Positions 15,180 through 26,870 of a stretch of DNA of 64,000 nt are shown one piece after another. Made by a program: the position numbers and the translations under genes. Below the pieces are notes generated by a model. It was not told the DNA's origin. It did no database searches and worked only from the letters and a program-made list of their open reading frames with translations. The stretch comes from Eledone cirrhosa (taxonomy: Eukaryota). How positions within the stretch are numbered: position 1 is the stretch's first letter; every line of letters starts with the position of its first letter. Location of the stretch: the NCBI GenBank assembly GCA_964016885.1, contig OZ024741.1, positions 43,772,001-43,836,000 of the forward strand, in the 5' to 3' direction.

Positions 15180-15430
15180 AATTTTCTTTTGGTGGGGAAG
15201 CGATTTTTTTTGAAGTTTTTAAAAAATAAATCTGAATATTCGGGCTTAAAACCCGAATATTGAGAGGTATCCCTCTCTTTAAATCAAGATGTGTACCTTA
15301 CGTTTCGTTAATGACAAGAACATACAAAAAAAAGACACTTTAAAACAGCTTAAAGCTACGAACCTTTTCCCCCGCAGACTTGTCTGTCTTCACACATGTG
15401 CGGCCAAATAATAATAATAATAATAATAAC

Positions 15431-16418
15431 AAGGAGAAAGAGCAGCCTTCAGGAAAAATTCCTTCCTACACAAATACGTGACTGATAGTAAGGAGCCAAT
15501 GCTCAGAACTGTACTGAAGGAGGGGACAATAGGCCAGGGGATGTCCAGGGAGGAAATAACATCAAGGAGAAAGAGCGGCCTTCAGGAAAAATACCTTCAT
15601 AGTATCTTTTTTGAGAGAACTGAATTTAGAGTTCCACAGACATGGAATTGGTTGAAAAGAGGAGACCTTAAAAAGGCTAAAGACGGAATGTTAATGGCTG
15701 CGCAGGAGCAGGCCCTCAAAACGAAGTGGTTGAAACTCCACATTTACAAGGAGGAGGCTAGCCCACTGTGCAGGATCTGTGGAGAGAGAGAGGAGACTGT
15801 GGCTCACATTGTATCCGAGTGTAAACACCTAGCCCAGACTCACTATAAGGGCTGGAGACATGATGTGATGGGCAGGGTGATCCACTGGCACCTATGCAAA
15901 GTAAACAATTTACCACATTCTGAGAAGTGGTATGAGCATAAGCCAGAGTCGGTGATAGAAAACGATCAGGTGAAGGTGCTGTGGGATTTTAGGATACAGA
16001 CGGACAAGAAACTGGAACACAATAGACCTGACCTGGTGGTTGTGGACAAAGAACAAAGATCGTGCCTGATTGTGGATGTGGCCTGTCCATTCGACACGAG
16101 AGTGCAAGAGAAGGAGAGGGAGAAAATTAACCGATACCAGGACTTAAAGTGGGAGGTAAAAAGGATTTGGAACTGCCATGAAGTCAAAGTGATCCCGATT
16201 GTCATAGGCGCACTAGGGACTATCTTTAAAAATTTCCAGGGATGGTTAAAGAAAATTGGCCCCTTCAAGCTTTTTGGAACGCTTCAAAAGGCATGCTTGC
16301 TGGGAACAGCAAGAACCCTCCGATACGTCCTGAATATCTGAGGCTGCAGTTAGTGGCTTGATATTCATTTCAACAAACTTTCCAGTTAACTAACATCAAT
16401 GACTGACACTCAAAGAGT
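15431..16418 (+). mobile_element. 5'-truncated R4/Dong element (zinc knuckle plus RLE)
   Basis: ORF 15478-16341: AAQEQAL, CRICGEREETVAHIVSEC, RHD, WDFRIQTD..HNRPDLVV, DVACP, EKINRY, PIVIGALG. (TAA)n lies on both sides. Confidence 0.93.
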
Positions 16419-16424
16419 AATAAC

Positions 16425-16473
<49 letters not shown>

Positions 16474-16474
<1 letters not shown>

Positions 16475-16862
16475 CTGACCTGGTGGTTGTGGACAAAGAA
16501 AAAAGATCGTGTCTGATTGTGGATGTGGCCTGCCCTTTCGACACGAGAGTGCAAGAGAAGGAGAGGGAGAGAATTAACCGATACCAGGACCTAAAGTGGG
16601 AGGTGAAAAGGATTTGGAACTGCCATGAGGTCAAAGTGATCCCGATTGTCATAGGCGCACTGGGGACTATCTCCAAAAGCTTCCAGGGATGGTTAAAGAA
16701 AATCGGCCCCTTCACGCTTTTTGGAACGCTTCAAAAGGCATGCTTGCTTGGAACAGCAAGAACCCTCCGATACGTCCTGAATATCTGAGGCTGCAGGTAG
16801 TGGCTTGATATTCATTCCAACGGACTTTCCAGTTAACCAACATCAATGACTGAGATTCAAGG
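16474..16862 (+). mobile_element. Second, shorter 3' copy of the same R4/Dong element
   Basis: Starts at PDLVVVDK directly after (TAA)n and closely matches 16027-16418. Confidence 0.93.
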
Positions 16863-16871
16863 AATAATAAC

Positions 16872-16899
<28 letters not shown>

Positions 16900-16902
<3 letters not shown>

Positions 16903-17112
16903 GGCGCACTGTGGACTATCTCCAAAAGTTTCCAGGGATGGTTAAAGAAAATCGGCCCCTTCACGCTTTTTGGAACGCTTCAAAAGGCATGCTTGCTTGG
17001 AACAGCAAGAACCCTCCGATACGTCCTGAATATCTGAGGCTGCAGGTAGTGGCTTGATATTCAATCCAACGGACTTTCCAGTTAACCAATATCAATGACT
17101 GAGATTCAAGGA
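16900..17112 (+). mobile_element. Third, shortest 3' copy of the same R4/Dong element
   Basis: Starts at IGAL after (TAA)n, has the same 3' UTR, and is followed by (AAT)n. Confidence 0.92.
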
Positions 17113-17120
17113 ATAACAAC

Positions 17121-17165
<45 letters not shown>

Positions 17166-17167
<2 letters not shown>

Positions 17168-20100
17168 TTTCTTTATTAATCACAAGGGTTTACATAAAGT
17201 AGACATTAAGGACAGTGCAGGACAATACAGGACGCTACAAATGGGCATTTCTGCGTGTAAAAAACAAAAACAGAGGATGTTACAAAAAAATAACAATGAA
17301 AAATTCCCTAATAGGGGGAAGACTTCGGACGGACATTTGTGGAGAAAGCCCAGTAAAAGGTCATAGTGACCCTGACCACCAAGGCTAGTGCCCTCTCCCA
17401 GTTTTCCACCTTTAATTTACAGATACGTACTCAGAGTAGGCCCATTCACTCGGGCCATTCTTACTTCTCTCACCCATCTTTCAACAAAATGCTGGGAAGA
17501 GAGCACTTCCCTCTCTACCCTGATTTTCCTTTTCAAATGAAATTTCAAAAAGACAATCAGGGCATCACCGAAGAGGTAAGTGCTCGTCTTCAGCCCTTTC
17601 AAACGTGTCCACCATACTATCTCTTTCGCCATGGCCACCAGACAGATAAAAACTGCCTGCCCTTCCCGGCTAAAGGAAGAGGGCGGGGCAATCCTCACGA
17701 TAGACTCAGCTGATAGCTGGATCCGCCCTACACGTACCAGCAGGTGTTCGACATAAACCCACAAGTCAGCAATTTTCGGACACTGGACGGGGTGTGTGCA
17801 GGACGGTCTCGTCGCCATACGCGCATCTCGGACATGCCCGGCTGACGGCACCTCCATGCCTGTAGAATTTATCCCGAATTGGCAAGGCTCCTCGGTAGCA
17901 CTGCCAGGCCAGAGATTTCTGGAAATTGTCCATAGGTCCCGGCCCGAAAGTTCTTCCGAAGAGATTGGCTAGTTGATTTTCGTCGACGCCTAGAGTTTCC
18001 CCAAGTACGTCGTCGCTCTTCCCCTCCACTAATCCTCTATAGAACGCCAAGGTGGAGTTCCACCGGTCACATTGCCCGATTGGTCGAGGGCTGTGAGCGC
18101 CTAAAGACATTCCAGTCTCCAGGCGCTCCCTCTCGGTCTTCGCTTGACCCAGGACTGCAGCTCCTTCAAGGAAATGATCTGGAGAAATACGTGTCTAGCA
18201 AACGGCGACCACACCTGATCACCGTCGAGGAAGAGGTGGAGATGTCGTAGCCTGAGCGCGTGTCTGCGCATCATCAGCCACGGCATTCCCGTCTCTCCAC
18301 GTAACGGGTGTTGACAGCAGATGGACCGCCTGACCATCGGAGCGCGTCCCTCACAAAAAGCGAAAGAGCAAACGCTCCAGCGCAGTCAGGCGGGGCTTAG
18401 GACAAGGTACGACGGTCAAGCGGTAGCAGATGACAGACGCGATGTACGCGTTAGCCACCTCCGCTCGAGCTTTCAGGGATAGCTTCCTCTCCGCCCATTT
18501 CTGGGTGAGAGAAGCCACCCTGCTCGTCACCTCGTTCCAGTGTTTGCCCGTCTGGAGATCCGGACCGTACCAGACCCCTAGCAATTAAACCGGTCCGTCC
18601 GTCCAGCGTCCGACGACGCTGTTGGACGGCATGGTCCTGCCTCTCCAGGTGCCGAGCTGCAGGACAATGACTTTTCCTGGTTGATCATTGCTCCTGTCAC
18701 CGATTCGTATTCACTCAGTGTAGTGCTGATCGCCTCGATGTGTTTGGCGTTCGACACCACTACGGTGACATCGTCGGCATACGCTGACATGGAGCTTCCG
18801 CATCCTAGTTCGTGCGGGACGCCCCTCAACGTCTCCAGTTTGTGCAGTAATGGCTCGAGAGTCAATACGTACAAGAGGGACGAGAGGGGACATCCTTGGC
18901 GGACCGAGCGCATGATGTTGAACAGTTCCGAAAGGTGACCGTTCACTCTCACCACAGAGCAGATGTCGCTGTGCATGTCAGCGATCTAGCCTCTGAAGAC
19001 GGGCCCAAAACCAGCCGCCCTCAGGACTGCCGCTAGGTAACGATGGTCGACCCTATCGAAAGCTTTCGACTGATATAAATTGATCAACGACCCACCCGTG
19101 CCAGGTTCCCTAGCTACCCTATCTACGATGTATCGCATGAAGTGGAGGTTGTCGTGGATGGATCTGTCGGGAATGGCGTAAGTCTGCGCCTCTCCCACCA
19201 GACCACCAACGACAAGCGACAACCTCTTTGCTAGCACCTTGGTTAAAATCTTGAACTCTGTGTTTAGAAGAGTTATGGGCCTGAAATTATCTATGTTATC
19301 CCCCTTGTTCGGATCCTTTCTCAGCAGTTCCACCGCTCCTCGGCTCACAGAACTGGGAATTCTCACGTTCTGTTGCCAGTTGCAGTAGACGTCCGCCAAG
19401 AGCCCTCCGAACAAATCTGGCATCTGTACGTAAAGTTCATAGGGCAGACCATCCAAACCAGGCGATTTACCCCTTGTGCAGCCAGTCATTGCTTCCCTTA
19501 CTTCAGCGGCTGTTATCGGCTTTTCGCAACACTCCGCCTCAGTGGCCTAGAGCCGCGGCAGTCGGTCGAGGTAGACACTAAAGTCCATCCCTCGACCCGG
19601 CCCACCGCTGCCCCCGAACAGCTGAGCGAAGTGTCGCTGAAAAGCTTCACACATTTGCCCGGGATCGTGTAGCATGCGCCCGTCGTGGTCCACCAAAGAC
19701 CGGATCGTGGCTTTGTTGCCACGACGCGCCTCCGCCATTCTCGGGCCCATTGAACGGCTTTCGTCCCCTCGTGTCTGACAACGCAGCCTTCGTGCTTTGC
19801 ATTGAAGAATTGATCAAGGGCCAATTTCACCGCAAGCACGTCGGTCGCAATGCCTTTGCTAAGCGCCTCGTCTAATTTTCTAACTAATTCTCCCTCTGCT
19901 CTATTTTTCTCTATTGCTAAAGCCTTACTAAACCTAATCGATTCTATTCTAATCGCTCTTTTCAGAGCAAACCACCACTTGTTGTTGACGATGGCCCCCG
20001 TCAACTCCCGCTTAACTAGTTCGCTAATCCGGTCTCTGTAGTCCTTGCGCGCTGGCAAGGACGCGTTTAGCTTCCAGTAGCCGGGTCCTCGTCTATGAAG

Positions 20101-22320
20101 CCTATCAAAGTCAAGCACACAGATCCGGAATGTGTGGTCCCTCTAGCTTACTATCTTGAATTATGGACATTCTATGCTCGACCTATCTATTTCCCTACAA
20201 AATACTCTATATAGATATGATCTGGATGACAATATGCGGTTTGTCCAAGTCCACATTGGCACATTCGGGAAATCCAATCGGTACCTGTCAGACAGTTCAA
20301 AACGCCTGAGCAGGTTGGTGAGGCTCTTGCATCCTCCACCTCTATCCGCTAATCCCACACAGTCCCAGCGTGCATCTAGGATCCCGTTCCAGTCGCCCAC
20401 TAACACTAAAGAGCGGGACGTTCCAAGAAAGGTCTCCAGATGCCGGAAGAAATCAGGCCGCCCTGCTCCTGTCGAGCCATAGACGGCCACTAGCCTGAAA
20501 GCTTGCCCGTCTCAACTGGTCACGTCCAGCACCACCAATTTACCGTCTGGGTCCAGGAAGATGGCCTGTATGGCGAGATCCAAACCTCTCCGAAAGAGCA
20601 CAGCAACTCCCCCCCCTATCCAGGACGGCTGGGAGATGCGTACACATCGTAGCCGCCGAAGATTGGTGTGAAGGCCCGTGCTTCGGAGATTCTGGTCTCA
20701 CTGATGGCCACTACATCTATGTTTAGTGACCTGAGGTCGTTCAGCAGGTGACCCTGATTCCATGACGACCCCAAGCCACGCGCATTTATGCTGCCTATTC
20801 TGAGTGAGGTTATGTTTAAAATAGAGTGTAAAAGATGGGAAAGACCACTTACCGTACTTTTCGTAGAGGAAGGATGGTTTTTCCATCCCTTTTCACTTGA
20901 TCGTCTGGTGAAGGGACCGTTGACTCGTCCCTTCGGCTGGTCGTCGGCTCTTCTATGTGTATGTCCGAATATACTCTTCGGTTGAGAGTCCCTCCTAGGT
21001 CTCTGAAATCACCAACTGCGTTGGGGAATTTCGTTTTAATGTTTGTGTATTGTTTCTGTGCTATTTTTAGCAGTCTTATGTTAGTTGGCTTTTTGATTGG
21101 TGCTGGTATTATGTAGTCGTGTTGTGAAATGTGTGTGTGTTCAATTATGTAAGTCATTAGTTTCTTGTTGTGTGTATTTATTGTCGTGCATTTGTATTTT
21201 GGGGGTGGGCGTGTGATTCTGCTATTTTCTTGTCGTTGTTGCTGGGTGTGTGTGTTTTGTTATTGTGTTTGCAATGTTGGTGCTTGTGGTGGTGGTCTTG
21301 AAGGTGTTGTTGTTGTTGGCGGTGGGGTTGTCGCCGGTGGTAATGGTGGTGCTAGTGTGGGTGGTGATGGTGTTGGTGGTGTTGCTGCTGTGAATCTCTT
21401 TTCAGTAGCCTTTACCCTTTTTACATTTCTTTCCTCCCTTTTCGAAGTGCTGCTTCTGCGTTTGTGCCTTCTTACGACCTTTTGCCATCCCTCTCCCATC
21501 TCACACTCCATGTCTGATTCTGTGAGGTCGGGGAGCGGTACCAGCTCCACTCTTTCACTTGATGTTGTTGGTGATGTTTTCACTGGAGTCTCTGTTGCAG
21601 CTGCATATGGTATTGCGGTTGTTGTTGTTAATACTTCCACTGCTGCTGCTGTTTTTGATTTCCGTGGCGTGGGTATGGGTGCCACGGACCTATCGTTCCT
21701 GGTTGCCGCTTGTCCTGTTGCTGGTAGCCGTGGAGCCGGATTTGGAAGGAGGGGGGTTTTCTCCTTTCTCAGGTTCTTCTCGTTGCAGAAGGCCCTGAGG
21801 TGAGTCTTCGATCCACAGCGAAAGCATTACGGGCGTTTGCCCTCAACACTTATGGGCAGTTGAGTGCCGTTATCGAAGTCTATCACATCCGGAATAGCTT
21901 CGATGCACTCCTGGTTGGTTTGGATTAACATCTCAACGGAGGTCCCGACACAATCTTCTCTTACTTTTTTGTGTACTTTCAGTACATTTGTTTTGACCTC
22001 GATTCCGACGAGGACAGACGCGGTCAGCCAAGAAGGGGCCACCCTGGGGGGGGGGGGGGGGGCATTTTAACCCTCACAATTTTTTGCCCGCAGTAGGAGG
22101 GCACCAACACTATTTTGTCGCTCCTAAGGTCACTAAGGATTGAGCTTTTGCCTCCTGGGGTGTGGCAAAAAGCACGTCTACGGTGGCATATTTCTTGCCT
22201 CGGGTGATGTGCGTTTTCCGCTGCCACACAGACCCTAAGGCTTTTTGTATTTGAGCCTCTGTGGCTCTTTCAACAATACGGGATTTTGTGATTACTGTAC
22301 GGTACGTGACCGTAGCACAG
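17166..22320 (-). mobile_element. Second Tx1-clade LINE (related subfamily), 5'-incomplete, more decayed
   Basis: ORF2 fragments (IGSINARGL, VGDWN, GYWKLN, KSPGLDGLPYELY, NFRPITLLN, VRQGCPLS, YADD, CPRC) and an ORF1 knuckle CFRCGSKTHLRAFC. The 3' end AATAAAGAAATC is followed by (ATT)n. Confidence 0.92.
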
Positions 22321-25300
22321 AAATCACAGACATAAGGGAAAGTAATAGGATTAAAAGGAGAAGGGAGACTATGGACAAAAAAAATAACCAAGACGAACAC
22401 ACAGACACATAAAATAGAGTAGATAACAATGAGCCAGTGGAAAGAGACAGGAGTAATAATGAGAGACATAGAAACAACTATGAGGCTGTTGGTGGAAATA
22501 GAAATAGAAACAACACAACTAACAATAACAATAGCACTAGTACACATAAAGCAGCACCCTGGAGCTCTACTTTTTATAATCCCTCCGATAAGTCGTTCGA
22601 CCTGCGACGAGTCCACGCCACGACTTTACCATTTAACAAACGCACGCAATTGCCGTCGCAGGTCGATGAACAAACAAAAGAACAATTTAGTATAGCTAGA
22701 TCCGAAATTAGAAATATTATAGAACAGTATAGCAAGAAGCGTAATAGAATGGAGGCCCAGCAACTGGGAGAAAAATCTGCAAATGACTTGCGTAAGCTCA
22801 TGCAGCGCTCTGGCAGTGGAGAGATAGCATGCTTTCCAACAGACAAGTCTGGAAGAATGTCGGTTGACAGCCTGCCAAACTACATCCAGGCAATGCAAAC
22901 CCACATCACTAACACAAGAGATGTAACACCACAGGAGCATGAGGATAGAGAAAAGCCCTCAATGCCCATATGGTGATGTGGACGAATATAATGCAGCCTA
23001 ACAAAAGGACTGCCAACAACTTCCAGGCCTGAAACAATGACGTGCCGGCGTTGTATGGGCTTCGAAAAGACCATAAAACGGGCAGTGACCCTGTCACGGG
23101 ACCACCGACACGGCCAGTCTGTGGAGATAACATTGCTAGTAACTAAAGACTGTCCTACTTCCTTTCCCTGATCATACGCCTCATCATTGAAATGTCCCCA
23201 GATGTATGTGACAGCACGGAGGACCTCCTCAGCAGAATCGGCGAGACTAACCGATCTAGGGACCTAACAAACTGCATAATAGGTAGTATGGATGTTGTGT
23301 CACTGTATCCATCTATTGACGTGGATTTTGCTGTGGAGAAATGCGTAGAAATTATCAGTGAGAGCAATGTTGAGTGCCATAGGATTGATACCAGTGAGGT
23401 GGGACTCCTACTTAAACTTACCTATAGTAATAATTACCTAGACACATATGACCTTAGCAACCTGTGCCCTACAAGACCAGCAAGAGGCAGACCACCTACC
23501 ATTACCTCGATGGCCAAGAAAACCCACACAGATAGATGGAACGGGTGGACCAGAGCCATACGGACAGCCGAAAACCACCATGAACTGAAGAAAATGAGTG
23601 CACATGCGGTAGGGGCCAGCATAAAACTAACCCTTCAGGAACATATGTTCAAATTTAAAGGAAAAACATATGCCCAAGAGGAAGGAGCAGCCAATGGTGT
23701 TAGCATTGCAGGCGACATAGCTAACTTATTCATGGTATGGTGGGACAGTAGACTTAAACTTAAACTTAAACTTAAAGAACAATTAGAAGACTCCTTAACC
23801 CTGATAATGTACTCCCGAAATATTGACGATATAAACATCGTAGTTAAGACACCCCCACTAGAGAACAGTCAGGAACTAGAGAAAAACACAATGGAAAGCA
23901 TCCAGCAAATAGCTAACTCCATCCACCAGAGTATTAGAGTTACTATAGACTACCCAAGTAAACACCCCAACCATCGGTTACCTGTACTAGACACAGAGTT
24001 CTGGTTAGATACCATTAATAACAAAAAACAAATCCTCCATTCCCATTATGCCAAACCCATGACTTCCAAACATCTGATCCACCGAAACTCAGCTGTTTCG
24101 GACCATACCAAAATCAACATACTGATTGGTACGGGTTGTGAGAAACGTGTCCCGCTGTGCAACCCCGATGAACTAAAGAGACACATACAACACTTCATCC
24201 ACCGTATGCAGTTCTCTGGTTACAATCAGAGAGATAATATCAGAGTGTATAGAGGAGCCAAAACCAAATGGAAAAAAAATGGTAAATAATGACACAAATG
24301 GGACCTTCCCCTTGGATAGGAGCAAATTTTGGAATATAATAGAAAAAACTAGGAATAAGGCTAATAGAATAAACTCATGGTATGATAGCAATAAATACCA
24401 GAGTGTAATGTTCATCGATACAACCCCTAGAGTTGAATTAGCTTACAAATTTAGAAGGGCCTTAGATAAACATAAACTCAATATTAAGATAGTAGAAAGA
24501 CCAGGTACCTCCGTAAAAACACTTATTAGCAAGACATGCCCTTTTCAAAGAACCCCCTGTATAGGTAAGAAATGTATAACCTGTAAAATAAGCCCCCATA
24601 TTAACTGTAAAACTAGAAATGTAGTGTATAGCATAAGATGTACTGAAGGACAATGTAGAGACAAAAATATAGTGTACACAGGTGAGACAGCCCGTCGTGT
24701 AGGGGAACGGATAAATGAACACTGGCGAGACCTTCAAGATAGTAAAGAATCATCTGTACTCTACCAACAAGCTAAAATAGAAAATAAGGGTAAATTAGAG
24801 AACATAGAAATAAAAATATAATCTACACACAGAAAAGACCCAATGTTTAGACAAATCACAGAGGCAATACACATAAAAGTATTACAGCCAAAATAGAAAA
24901 TATGAGTGGAACAGCAACATCACAACTTACAATTAAGGACAAAATGAAAACACACACGCACATAGAACAAACAACCAACCGGTAACATTAAATAAACAAA
25001 TAAATAAACGGATATAAACAAACACAGACACCCGGATGTGGCGCATGCGCAGACTGAGCACACAACACACACACAGAAACAAAATGGCGTAGGACAGAAC
25101 AAAGGAGAGATACAAAAACAAAGAAAAGAATCCCCAGTCACCGGAGAGGTCACATAATGTGTGACGAAAGAACTTTGACAATATATAAGCAACTATCTGG
25201 TAGTGGAACCAACCAACAAGAAATTTATAAATTTATAATAAATTGAAGTGAAAGCAACAGGTGCGTGTGTTTCCTATTGGCAACATGACCCTCCCAAAGT

Positions 25301-25368
25301 ATAACAATATCGGTTTCAACACACGTTTTCAGATAAATAATCTTGCTAAACAAATTCAGAAACGAAAT
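22321..25368 (+). mobile_element. Penelope-like element, Naiad-like (RT plus C-terminal GIY-YIG), disrupted
   Basis: PTDKSGR, LYGLRKDHK, RPVCG, GSMDVVSLYPSI, NIDDI, LPVLD, VMFIDTTP, IVERPG, CxxxxCxxC, NVVYSIRC, YTGETARRVGERINEH, RQITEAIHI, EWN. Ends at (TA)n. Confidence 0.88.
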
Positions 25369-25382
25369 ATATATATATATAT

Positions 25383-25590
25383 GCATATTTGATATAGAAA
25401 GGCTTCTACAGGACTAGAACTGTTTTATTCGGGAGAAATCATCAGGAAATCATCATGGCTTCCTGTGTAATTTTCCCGAATGAAACAGTTCTAATCCTGT
25501 AGAAGCCTTTCTATATTAAATATGTATACTCAGCTTTGTATTGAGTACCTTACTTACTGTGGTTACCCCCGATTGAACCCGGGATATACT
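25383..25590 (+). mobile_element. Fold-back mini-element made of an HHR 3' half plus PLE tail
   Basis: 25383-25439 is inverted relative to 25468-25525. The arm reads ttcccgaat-GAAA-cagttctaatcctg-TA-gaagcc. A related fragment lies at about 41835-41870. Confidence 0.7.
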
Positions 25591-25782
25591 TTAATATATA
25601 TATATATATTAAAAAAGGGAAGTAAGGTTCTATACAAAAAAGATGAATTTCGAAAAGGCGCGGGAGATATATTTAAGCGTCTGATTTTCCTTTTTGATTC
25701 GTCAAAGTGACATTATTGAATAGATAGTGTTATTAAACCTTTCTCTACTCCTACCAACTCTTTTTAATTAACTTTTTTCACT

Positions 25783-25825
25783 GAATTTGACAAGACGGAT
25801 CTTAATACATCGAAACCGGTAATTT
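25783..25825 (+). ncRNA. Minimal type I hammerhead, U3-A8 variant
   Basis: gaat-TTGACAA-gacggatcttaatacatc-GAAA-ccgg-TA-attt. Confidence 0.7.
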
Positions 25826-25997
25826 TCTCCTATACTTTATATACTTCATAAACATTTTTTTAAGAAAGAATTGTCTCTCTCTTTTCTTAATAACCTTATA
25901 TTTTTAAAAACACTATCTTTTCAATAATGTCACTTTGAAGAATCAAAAAAGAAAAACAGACCCTTAAATATATCTCCCGTGCTATTTCCAACTTCAT

Positions 25998-26092
<95 letters not shown>

Positions 26093-26415
26093 GCATTTTT
26101 ACATGGTGTCGCAAATGACAAACCCTAAATAAAATACGTTTCATCTCACTGCTATGCAGTTTCATAACGATCTAATTCCCGAAACCTTTCCTCATTTCAC
26201 GACCTAAATAATTAGTATATACCTATGTGGATTTATTTTGTTTGTTTGCTTCCTTGATTGATTTGCATTCTTCTTAGTATTTCACTTTCGATTGAACCTA
26301 CAGAATCTGGGATTTTCCTTCTTACATAGTTGATAACGAAGTAAGAGAAAAAATATATCATAAATTTGATTTCGAAAATGATAGGAACATAATTTTGCTG
26401 TAATATATAATAGAG

Positions 26416-26870
26416 GATAATGATCATTACCATAATCGTGACGATGATGATGATGATGGTGGTTATGATGATGTTGATGATGATGATTATGAGGATGATC
26501 ATGATGATGATGATGAAGGTGATGATGATAGTGATGATGATGATGATGATAGTGATGCTGATGATGATGATGATGATGGTGATGATGACAGTGATGATAA
26601 TGATGATGACGATGTTGATAATGATGACGATAACGATGACGATGATTACAATGACGATGATAGTGATGATGATGATGATGATGATGGTGATTTTGATGAT
26701 GGTGATTATAATGGTGAAGACTATGGTGATGATGATGAGGACGACGATGATGATGATGATGGTGATGATGATTTTGATGATGATGATGATGACGACAACG
26801 ACGACGACGATGATGATGATGATGATGGTTATGATGATGATTCCGGTAATAAAGTTGATAATGATAATGT
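26416..26870. repeat. Degenerate (GAT)n microsatellite
   Basis: About 450 bp of GAT triplets with point variants. Confidence 0.95.

Larger units (their letters stand above)
9545..15407 (-). mobile_element. Near-full-length Tx1-clade (L1 group) LINE inserted in (ATT)n
   Basis: ORF1 with a CCHC knuckle and ORF2 with APE-RT-Cys motifs. The 3' end reads AATAAATGAAATC, and (ATT)n abuts both ends. Confidence 0.93.

Noticed and set aside
23025-23035. In-frame TGA in the Naiad-like ORF as possible selenocysteine
   Set aside because: It is not at a recognisable Cys motif, and the ORF also has TAA stops and frameshifts, so decay is the simpler explanation.
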